From positions 1 through 24,178 of the IMG/VR virus record IMGVR_UViG_3300008266_000453: DNA of 24,178 nucleotides, one strand, 5' to 3'. Positions 17,726 to 24,178 of the stretch are shown piece after piece. Below the pieces are notes generated by a model that was not told the origin of the DNA, ran no database searches, and saw nothing but the letters and a program-made list of their open reading frames with translations. Source of the DNA: a virus. Taxonomy: Duplodnaviria; Caudoviricetes. The position numbers and the translations under genes are program-made. Within the stretch, counting starts at the first letter, position 1. Each line of letters begins with the position of its first letter.

Positions 17726-17795
17726 CTTTGGGTTCTCGGTCGTCTTTCACAACGGAAGCCGGCCGGCCTTAAACTAAACAAAGAAAGATAGTTAT

Positions 17796-18941
17796 ATGTA
17801 CAACCGAAACGAAACCCTCTCCGGCGCCGAAGCACGTTCTTTTCTCCGGAACTGGCTCCGGGAAGCCGGCGTAGCGTCAAAGCTTGCCGATTCCCTGACT
17901 ATGGCGGAGTTAAATGAAGCTTGGACGGATGAAAGCAACACGGCCTTGTTGGCTTTGGTTAATCGGCCGGAGCCGAAGCCGGCGCCGGTTGTCTCTTCCC
18001 TTTCGGCCGGGAACGAAACGGCGGCCGCTTTGATGATGCAAGCGCTCGCAATGGTTCAACCGAAGGCGCCGGCCTTGGACGAAGCCCGGATCCTTGAGCT
18101 AATCCGGGAGCATGCTCCGAAGCCGGAACCTTCCGTGGTGCATTACAGCTTCACAACGGCCGCCGGGACGGTAACAACGGAACGCCGGGAACATAGCTAC
18201 TTTCCTTTGATTGTGGCCGCCCTTTCAACCCGGACTCACCTTTGGCTTGTCGGTCCGGCCGGCGGGGGAAAGACAAGCCTAGTCGGAGCGGCCGCCGGGG
18301 TTCTGGGGTTGGAACACCGGGCTTTGTCGGTTTGCGCGCAAACTACCAAAACCGACCTTTTGGGCTTTATTGATGCCACCGGGGTTTACCGGGGAACGGC
18401 CTTCCGGGAGGCCTTTGAAAAGGGGTTTGTCTTTTGCTTAGATGAAGCCGACGGCGGAAACCCCAACGTGTTGGCCGTGCTCAATTCCGCTTTAGCCAAC
18501 GGGGAAATGACCTTCCCGGACGCTACGGTGAAGCGGGGAGAAGGGTTTGTTTGTGTTGCTTGTGCAAACACGTTTGGAAACGGCGCCACCGGCGGTTACG
18601 TTGGCCGGAATCAAATTGACGCGGCCACCTTGGACCGTTTCTTTTTCTTGAACCTTCCCTTGGACCAAGGCCTCGAGGCCTCTCTCGTTGGCGTCTCCGG
18701 GGTTGAATCCCCGGCCTTTGATATGGCCGCCGGTGGAACAACAACGGCCGCCGGTTGGCTTTGGTTTGTGCAGAAAGCCCGGGAAGGGGCGGAGAAGCAC
18801 GGTGTTAAGGTTGTTATTTCCCCGCGTGCTACTATCGGAGGGGCAAAGCTTGCGGCCGCCGGGGTTGGCCTTGAATGGCTCAAGAAAGGCTTTCTCTTTA
18901 AGGCCTTGGATTCCCTCTCCGCTGAAAAGCTTCTCTCCTAA
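17796..18941 (+). CDS. AAA+ ATPase, MoxR/CbbQ/CobS-like (AAA_5 type)
   Basis: Walker A GPAGGGKT, Walker B FCLDEAD, sensor I CANT, arginine finger region RNQIDAATLDRF and sensor II ISPR. Confidence 0.92.
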   Translation: MYNRNETLSGAEARSFLRNWLREAGVASKLADSLTMAELNEAWTDESNTALLALVNRPEPKPAPVVSSLSAGNETAAALMMQALAMVQPKAPALDEARILELIREHAPKPEPSVVHYSFTTAAGTVTTERREHSYFPLIVAALSTRTHLWLVGPAGGGKTSLVGAAAGVLGLEHRALSVCAQTTKTDLLGFIDATGVYRGTAFREAFEKGFVFCLDEADGGNPNVLAVLNSALANGEMTFPDATVKRGEGFVCVACANTFGNGATGGYVGRNQIDAATLDRFFFLNLPLDQGLEASLVGVSGVESPAFDMAAGGTTTAAGWLWFVQKAREGAEKHGVKVVISPRATIGGAKLAAAGVGLEWLKKGFLFKALDSLSAEKLLS

Positions 18942-18950
18942 TTCCCGGCC

Positions 18951-19784
18951 ATGGCAAAGACACTCAAACCAAAAACGCTCCGGCTTCAATTCCGGAACAT
19001 CCAAGAAACGCTAGACTATATGGCCAAGTCTCCGGGAGGCTCTTCCGAAAAGGAAAGGTCGGCGGATTCAACCTTTACCCGGCTTCCGAACTGGCCGGCT
19101 TGTGAAAGAGCCATTCAGTTCGGTTGGCCGGAAGGCTTAAAGGCCGTCTCCGGCCTTGTAGAAAGCCTTTCCGCCTTTGTTGGCTCCGGAATGTTAAAAG
19201 AGACGTTCCGGCCGGCCGTCTCCGGCCTCTTCTTTGACGTTGGCCTTGTTCTCTCCGGTGAACCGGAAGCTTGGCTGGAAACAACGGAAACGGAGGAAGA
19301 GACGAAGGGAAGCAAGGTTGTCACCTTAGCCTTAAATTGTACGGTTTCGGGATGCGTTCCGGCCGCCACAATCGAAGCCCGGGGAGCGGCCATGCTAGCC
19401 TTGGCCGTCTTGCTTGAGCGCTCCGGGAGAAGCGTCCGGGTTGTAGTGGGAGACGCAACAACTCGAGACGGGAGTTATTTGTACGCAGAGACGGTAGTTA
19501 AAGAGGCCGGGGAGCCTTTCGACTTGGACAAGCTGGCCTTTTGGCTTGTTTGTCCGGACGTGCTCCGGAGGTGCTTTTTCCGGATTTGTGAAGCTTCCCC
19601 GCTCCGGGAGCACGTCGACGCAAGAATGGGTGGGGGCTACGGATGCCCGGTTGAAAGCTGGACTCCAGAGGGGGATATAACTCTGAAGGGGATCCTTTCC
19701 GAAACCGCTTGGACGCCGGAGGCCTCCCGGCGCTGGATTGTGGAACAACTCAAAGCCCAGGGGGTTCAATTCTCCGAAGCCTAG
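18951..19784 (+). CDS. VWA-like partner of the AAA+ ATPase, with degenerate MIDAS
   Basis: Starts 9 nt after the AAA gene. Strand VVTLALNCTVSG followed by helix RGAAMLALAVLLERSG and strand VRVVV matches the VWA beta1-alpha1-beta2 layout. MoxR-type ATPases usually pair with VWA proteins. Confidence 0.65.
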   Translation: MAKTLKPKTLRLQFRNIQETLDYMAKSPGGSSEKERSADSTFTRLPNWPACERAIQFGWPEGLKAVSGLVESLSAFVGSGMLKETFRPAVSGLFFDVGLVLSGEPEAWLETTETEEETKGSKVVTLALNCTVSGCVPAATIEARGAAMLALAVLLERSGRSVRVVVGDATTRDGSYLYAETVVKEAGEPFDLDKLAFWLVCPDVLRRCFFRICEASPLREHVDARMGGGYGCPVESWTPEGDITLKGILSETAWTPEASRRWIVEQLKAQGVQFSEA

Positions 19785-19886
19785 GAGCCAAGGGAAAACC
19801 CGGGGAGCCTTTGCAAAGGGGCTTCCCGGCCTTCCCTTGGCACAAAGCCGGGAGAACCAAACCAAACCCAAACAAACCCAAACCCT

Positions 19887-20057
19887 ATGCAAACCCGCCT
19901 TGCCCTTTTCGGGGCTTCCCTTGCCCTTTTCACCTTTGACGCTTTGGCCTTGGCAAAGGCCGCCGGAACTCCGGAAGCCGGCCTTTGGGGCGGCCTTGCC
20001 TTGGCTTCGGCCGGCTTGGCCTTTGCCCTTGCAAGGCCTTTGTTTCCGAAGGCTTAA
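19887..20057 (+). CDS. Small two-helix membrane protein (56 aa), not in ORF track
   Basis: MQTRLALFGASLALFTFDALALAKAAGTPEAGLWGGLALASAGLAFALARPLFPKA. The ATG follows an unstructured A/C-rich leader like those of the other plus-strand genes. Confidence 0.65.
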   Translation: MQTRLALFGASLALFTFDALALAKAAGTPEAGLWGGLALASAGLAFALARPLFPKA

Positions 20058-20324
20058 GCCTTCCCGGTGGCCTTCCCGGCTCCGGCCTTGGCTCCGGGAG
20101 GCCTTCCGGCCTTCCCTTAGTTGTAAGGCCTTCGGGTTGAACGGTCCAATTTTTCCAAGTTGTAAAGCCAACAAGGCCAACGCTTTGACGTTTTGACCCT
20201 GCCTGTAAAGAAACTATCTCAAGAAAACTTCACCTTTTTCCTTGCAAGGAAGCACGCAAGTCTGTACCAAGAAATCAGCACCGAGAAAATTTTCGATGCC
20301 AAAAATCCAAACCAAAAATCCAAA

Positions 20325-20687
20325 ATGAAAATCGAAAACCGCAACACAATCTTCGCCCAAATGCCCGAGCCGGAAAACTTTGAGGAAGCCTCAATCGCCA
20401 TCCTTTTGGCCGTTGGCATGAAAGCTTTCAGTCCCGGCAAACTTGTCTGCACTTCGCTCGCCATGGAAACTTTCACCCGTGGCTTTTTCTCACAATGCCT
20501 TTGCCGGCACATTGTCGGGGATAGGGGCGATTTGGACGCTGAAGACACTCAGACAAACGATGAAGCTTTGGACGGTGGCGGCCGGCTTCTCTCGAGCTAC
20601 ACGCACCCCGTTTCGAAGGAACGCCTCTGGATCATTACCGAACATGACCGGAGCGCCACAACCGTAATGCTCCCCATGGAATACTAG
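20325..20687 (+). CDS. 'Plasmid-related' conserved protein of mobile elements
   Basis: RH..GD.GDL..ED...N..AL..GGRLLSSY...WIITE.DRS.TTV.LP.EY pattern, recognised from a family common on plasmids and ICEs. Start reassigned to ATG at 20325 after an A-rich leader. Confidence 0.75.
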   Translation: MKIENRNTIFAQMPEPENFEEASIAILLAVGMKAFSPGKLVCTSLAMETFTRGFFSQCLCRHIVGDRGDLDAEDTQTNDEALDGGGRLLSSYTHPVSKERLWIITEHDRSATTVMLPMEY

Positions 20688-20778
20688 CGGGAAGGCTGCC
20701 GCTTGCCGGTCGCTTTGAGGGCGGCCGGCATCGGGCAGCAATCACGCTGCAACCAAAAAAAATCGAAAGCAAAAAGTT

Positions 20779-21063
20779 ATGTCTGAAACCTACACCAAAA
20801 ACAAACTCCGCGCTCTTGTCGATCGCCTCAACGAACTCACGGGCAGCCCTTCCCATCCCTACGCGGCGCCGAACGGCCAAGGCACTCACGTTCCGCAGGT
20901 CGGAAACTGGCACGTTTCCCAACAGTACGGTGGCTACTGTGTCGCCCGCATCGTCACCGAATCCGGTGGCTGCTCTCACCCGATTTGGGAGGGACACGTT
21001 CCGGCACGGTTGGCCTGTCTTCAGACAATCGCTTTTCTGAAGGGTTTGGAGTTCAGCAAATAA
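20779..21063 (+). CDS. Hypothetical early protein (94 aa)
   Basis: ATG after an A-rich leader, protein-like composition, co-oriented with the cassette. Confidence 0.75.
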   Translation: MSETYTKNKLRALVDRLNELTGSPSHPYAAPNGQGTHVPQVGNWHVSQQYGGYCVARIVTESGGCSHPIWEGHVPARLACLQTIAFLKGLEFSK

Positions 21064-21075
21064 CCTCCAAAAATT

Positions 21076-21333
21076 ATGACCTACAAAATTGAAAACAAAA
21101 AAGACAACTACTGGGAAGCCGGTTTCACGGACGATTGTCCGCTGGTTCTCGAGAAGGTCGGAGACGAGTTTGTCTTTTCGATCTCAACGGCCAATTCATG
21201 CAACTGGGAATGGTCGCAGAAGCTGGCCACAAAAACCAGTGACGAAACTTGGGAGCAATTCTTCTCGAGCTTTTCAGACACTGGTTGGGAATATATCCCG
21301 TTGATGCGCGAGCTTGCCGAGCTGGCAAACTAG
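21076..21333 (+). CDS. Hypothetical acidic, Trp-rich early protein (85 aa)
   Basis: ATG after AAAAATT, 12 nt after the previous stop. Followed by a terminator hairpin. Confidence 0.7.
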   Translation: MTYKIENKKDNYWEAGFTDDCPLVLEKVGDEFVFSISTANSCNWEWSQKLATKTSDETWEQFFSSFSDTGWEYIPLMRELAELAN

Positions 21334-21352
21334 GCGAGGTTTCGTTTAAGGG

Positions 21353-21390
21353 AAAAGCCCGCTCCTGTTTCGGTCAGGGGCGGGCCTTTC
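21353..21390. terminator. Probable bidirectional intrinsic terminator
   Basis: AAAA-GCCCGCTCCTG-tttcggt-CAGGGGCGGGC-cTTTc, located between convergent genes. Confidence 0.7.
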
Positions 21391-21399
21391 ATTGTGCGG

Positions 21400-21639
21400 T
21401 CAGAGTCGGATCCCTCCAACGGTAGCGCAATGGAAATCGAAGGCGCGGATGATGTCTTGTCTGATTTCGTCCGGACACCCTATCAGACGGACTTCCCGCC
21501 AATCTTGAGAGGGAAGCTTTTCCCCTACATGGGTGGTCAGCTTTTGGTTGTTCGGAAGCATTCCCATTCGATGCACTACGCAAGCCCCGTCAAAAGACAC
21601 CTGCGCAACGTAGTCGGCATGTTCGTAAATCACCTTCAT
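21400..21639 (-). CDS. Hypothetical protein (79 aa)
   Basis: ATGA overlap with the upstream gene; ends just before the terminator. Confidence 0.6.
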   Translation of the reverse strand: MKVIYEHADYVAQVSFDGACVVHRMGMLPNNQKLTTHVGEKLPSQDWREVRLIGCPDEIRQDIIRAFDFHCATVGGIRL

Positions 21640-21977
21640 AGGGCAACCATGACTCGCTGACCTCTCCCGGACCTGCCTGGGCGCCGCTCGCCCGTGTCTG
21701 AGACAAAGCCCTTCCGGATCAAGGCGGAGAACCTTGCGGTGATTGAAGAGTACGGGAAGCTCGGGAACATTTCCAAAATGTCGTCCGCGATGGCGCCTTG
21801 TCTCCCAAAATTTTCGATCGCAGAAAACACCATTGATTCAAGGGACGTGGTGTCCACGGACTCGGTTGCCGCCTTGCTTGTGTCTGGACCGTCACTGCGC
21901 GACAGCTTGTGCGCGGGGGTTCCAAAATTTTTCGGATGTTCAAAATCCCATTCAAATTGTTCTGCCTTATGTTTCAT
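21636..21977 (-). CDS. Winged-helix DNA-binding protein
   Basis: R.DGPDTS..AA then G.IADDI......YSSITARFSAL.RKG.V.DTGERR.GRSGR.Q.V, a phage wHTH-like pattern. ATGA overlaps. Confidence 0.7.
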   Translation of the reverse strand: MKHKAEQFEWDFEHPKNFGTPAHKLSRSDGPDTSKAATESVDTTSLESMVFSAIENFGRQGAIADDILEMFPSFPYSSITARFSALIRKGFVSDTGERRPGRSGRGQRVMVAL

Positions 21978-22528
21978 ATTTCGATTGTTTTTTGTTTGTC
22001 TGTCATTGCTGACAAAAATTGGGACTGCAAATCGCTGGCATGAATGTGGAGGTTCATCGTGTTGTTGACCTCCGGTGTCTTTTCCTTGTCCATGGCCAGC
22101 AGGATTTCCATCGACTTAGCCAAGGCCAGCGTGGCGTCCCTTGCCTCCATCTCCGGAAGCAGCTCGGAGATCCGGTCCACACTGTGCTCGGCCGCGTGTT
22201 GAAGCTTCTGTCTGATGTTCACCTTGAACATGGCATTCGCGAACTGAGTGTCTGTATCCAGCGCACGCAACTTCGCGTCTCCGACAACTGTTTTTGACAG
22301 CTTCAGCTTCTCCGCAATGGCAACTATCGTCATCCCGGACGTGTACATCTCCAGGATCTGTTTCCGTGTCTCCTCAGACACGCTGGCCCAGTTCCCCTTG
22401 CCGTTAATTTTTTCGATGCCCGTGACTCCAATCACATGGTCTTCGATGCGGACGCCGGAAAGGCCGGCCAGTTGTCTGGCGCGGCTTTCAGCGGATTTGT
22501 AGACTCTCTTCTTGGCTGGTTTCTTCAT
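21974..22528 (-). CDS. HTH protein, putative terminase small subunit
   Basis: HTH RKQILEMYTSGMTIVAIAEKLKLSKTVV, then helical oligomerisation-like segments and a C-terminal NNTMNLHIH strand. This is a typical TerS layout. Start at ATG 22528. Confidence 0.5.
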   Translation of the reverse strand: MKKPAKKRVYKSAESRARQLAGLSGVRIEDHVIGVTGIEKINGKGNWASVSEETRKQILEMYTSGMTIVAIAEKLKLSKTVVGDAKLRALDTDTQFANAMFKVNIRQKLQHAAEHSVDRISELLPEMEARDATLALAKSMEILLAMDKEKTPEVNNTMNLHIHASDLQSQFLSAMTDKQKTIEI

Positions 22529-22986
22529 AGGAACAGAGCTTTGAAGCGCTGCCACAGGCTTGGCTTTGGATTTGGCATCACAATACCGAAAGTGGGGCCA
22601 AAAACATAGCCGCTACCGGCGCCTCCTCCGGGTGCAGACACCTTCTTTTTGCGCCTCCGTGGCTTGTACGGCCGGCTGGCAACCGGGTTCTCTGCCAGTA
22701 TCCTTTCCACATCAGCGAGGTTGTAAAGCTTACGGCGCCCCACTCTGCGGCCGGTGATCTCGCCCCTCATCTCCCTGTAGCGCAGTGTCTGCACGTGACA
22801 TTCAAGAACCGCGCACGCTTCCCGTCTGGTTATCCAGAATTCTCTTTTCTCGCTGGCGGGCTTTCCAGTCTTTGACTCGTTGGAGCTGAGCGGCCCTTTG
22901 CTCTGGACTTTGTTTTGCTCTCCACTCCCGTGAGCGCTGGCATGCTTGAGCGTTATAAGTTTTTCGGTAGTTGCGGTTCCATTCAT
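22525..22986 (-). CDS. Excisionase/MerR-like HTH DNA-binding protein
   Basis: WITRREACAVLECHVQTLRYREMRGEI..RRVGRRKLYNLADVERIL. The start is uncertain; the nearest in-frame ATG is 22986. Confidence 0.65.
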   Translation of the reverse strand: MNGTATTEKLITLKHASAHGSGEQNKVQSKGPLSSNESKTGKPASEKREFWITRREACAVLECHVQTLRYREMRGEITGRRVGRRKLYNLADVERILAENPVASRPYKPRRRKKKVSAPGGGAGSGYVFGPTFGIVMPNPKPSLWQRFKALFL

Positions 22987-23305
22987 TTTTTCGTTCCTTT
23001 CTTTCTTGTTCACTGAGTGTTGGCTTGCGCCCCGGCTTTTTTCGATCCCGTGGCACAGTGATTGGTCGGACTTTTGGTGTTGGTTCTTTAGGAGCTTTTG
23101 GTTCCTCGCTCTGTTTCTGCTCGAGCTTTGCTTTGGTGGCAATGAACTTGCTTCTGAAAGACATCGAGAGGCCTCGTCTTTTTTCCCAGTCCTTCAGGGC
23201 CTGCATCATGGAACCCAGCTTGTTGTCCATGTTGGGCATGTAGACAGTGCCGTTGGCTGGCAAAATGTCCTGCATCCCCAAAGTTTTTTGTGCAGCAAAT
23301 CTCAT
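22802..23305 (-). CDS. Basic helical hypothetical protein
   Basis: 167 aa, Lys/Arg-rich. ATG overlaps the previous stop (ATGA). Confidence 0.6.
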   Translation of the reverse strand: MRFAAQKTLGMQDILPANGTVYMPNMDNKLGSMMQALKDWEKRRGLSMSFRSKFIATKAKLEQKQSEEPKAPKEPTPKVRPITVPRDRKKPGRKPTLSEQERKERKNEWNRNYRKTYNAQACQRSREWRAKQSPEQRAAQLQRVKDWKARQREKRILDNQTGSVRGS

Positions 23306-23490
23306 TTTAGAGCCTCCCGTGCCTCTTCTCTTATTTTGTACGTTGACCAGTGGTCAAAGTTGACAATTCGTTCCAACGCAAGTTGCAGCATCTCAGCACG
23401 TTTTTCGGCTTCTTTTAACTCTTCTCTGAGCGCCTTGATAATCGAGTCAGCTAGTTCTGGATCTCGCATGTATTTATCTCTCCAAGTCAT
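23302..23490 (-). CDS. Small coiled-coil hypothetical protein
   Basis: 62 aa with ATGA overlaps on both ends. Confidence 0.7.
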   Translation of the reverse strand: MTWRDKYMRDPELADSIIKALREELKEAEKRAEMLQLALERIVNFDHWSTYKIREEAREALK

Positions 23491-23732
23491 TCCGCGCCCC
23501 CTTTCTGTCTGTCTTCCAGCTGTTTTAGACAGGTCTTGGCTACCTCGTAGTTGAACTCGGATCCCTGCGGGGCCTCGAGTAGTTCGAGCAGCATCTTGGA
23601 AACCTTGATAGCCATTTCACGCTCGGCCAGCAAGCGATCCCGGATGAACAGAAGCTGGCTGTAGTCCTGTCTGATCCGAGCAAGCTGGTTTTCCAGCTCC
23701 GGCATCATCACTTCGCATGAAAGGCAGTTCAT
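23487..23732 (-). CDS. Small coiled-coil hypothetical protein with CxxC
   Basis: Start reassigned to ATG at 23732 (MNCLSCEV), which overlaps the upstream TGA. Confidence 0.65.
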   Translation of the reverse strand: MNCLSCEVMMPELENQLARIRQDYSQLLFIRDRLLAEREMAIKVSKMLLELLEAPQGSEFNYEVAKTCLKQLEDRQKGGAE

Positions 23733-23944
23733 TCGGCGTCCCTTTCTTCGTTCAGACAGTTTTCGCACAGACAGGAGGGGTCTATTGCTTCGATGGTCAC
23801 AACGAACTTCATCCCCTCAAATGGACCGTTGTCCACCTGCATCTGGAATTGAGCGCATCTGAGTTCGTAATTGGCCATGATCTCGCAAAGTGTCTTTGCT
23901 GCCTTCGTGGCCCTTGCTTCGTCTTTTTTGTTGGGTGTGTTCAT
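23729..23944 (-). CDS. Hypothetical protein with CxCxxC
   Basis: Start reassigned to ATG at 23944 (MNTPNKK), overlapping the helicase stop. Confidence 0.65.
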   Translation of the reverse strand: MNTPNKKDEARATKAAKTLCEIMANYELRCAQFQMQVDNGPFEGMKFVVTIEAIDPSCLCENCLNEERDAE

Positions 23945-24178
23945 TGAGGTAAAAAGCTGGCCGTGCGGCCGTTGAATCTGAGTGTTGTCTGAACGCCACA
24001 AGGGCCGTTCCGCTGGTAGGGGATGGAGATTGTCCGAAGTTCGGATCCCTCCTCCTCATCCAGCTTGATGGCCATGATACAGGTGGCGTCCTGTTGGATG
24101 GCGCGGCTTTCGCGGGCCTTCCCCTGCTCGTTGAGTTGGGTAATTGAAATCACCAGACAACCCAACTCCAGCCCCAGC
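23941..24178 (-). CDS. dnaB: Replicative DnaB-type (SF4) helicase, C-terminal fragment
   Basis: ELGCLVISITQLN...RESRAIQQDA.CIMAI...YQRNGP.G...L.F matches DnaB motifs H3/H4 (SQLNR, LRESGxIEQDAD, KxRNG). Truncated by the window edge. Confidence 0.85.
   Translation of the reverse strand, partial: LGLELGCLVISITQLNEQGKARESRAIQQDATCIMAIKLDEEEGSELRTISIPYQRNGPCGVQTTLRFNGRTASFLPQ

Noticed and set aside
17255-17730. Possible CRISPR or mini-array
   Set aside because: Repeats are short, irregularly spaced and in both orientations, without unique spacers of constant length. No cas genes.
17141-17880. Several overlapping ORFs on both strands
   Set aside because: Pro/Gly/Arg-rich translations of GC-rich repeats lacking stops. 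No plausible starts or protein features.
19395-20196. 261-aa minus ORF and 152-aa plus ORF
   Set aside because: Low-complexity shadows. The 56-aa ORF at 19887 has a better leader and coherent hydrophobic pattern.
20242-20270. Sigma70-like promoter TTGCAA-N17-TACCAA
   Set aside because: The -10 box lacks the conserved final T, which is too weak to call without TSS data.
1-24178. Stop-codon reassignment or diversity-generating retroelement
   Set aside because: TAA, TAG and TGA all end genes at sensible positions and neither tRNA is a suppressor. No reverse transcriptase or TR/VR pair was seen.

Overview
This window is a ~24 kb piece of a tailed dsDNA phage genome with podovirus-like architecture. 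No integrase or host genes are visible. Most genes run on the minus strand: the C-terminus of a DnaB-type helicase, small hypothetical and HTH genes, a putative terminase small subunit, terminase large subunit, portal, scaffold, major capsid protein, two tRNAs (Met-CAT and Tyr-GTA), head-tail and tail-tube proteins, two tail fibres, two small holin-like proteins and a GH108 endolysin. A plus-strand cassette (about 17.2-21.4 kb) sits between the putative terS and terL. It encodes an AAA+ ATPase, a VWA-like partner, a 56-aa two-helix membrane protein missed by the ORF track, and three small genes. The most striking signal is in the first ~3 kb of this cassette, which is saturated with CCGG and GGCC (hand counts about 97 and 68, against about 10 GCGC and 3 CGCG). 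The motifs are built in all three codon phases and begin abruptly at a dyad-symmetric site that may be the genome end or pac site. Two intergenic regions look like unannotated structured RNAs: a tandem duplicated motif between the capsid gene and the tRNAs, and a multibranch fold upstream of terL. All counts are by eye and all family assignments come from motif recognition, not database searches.
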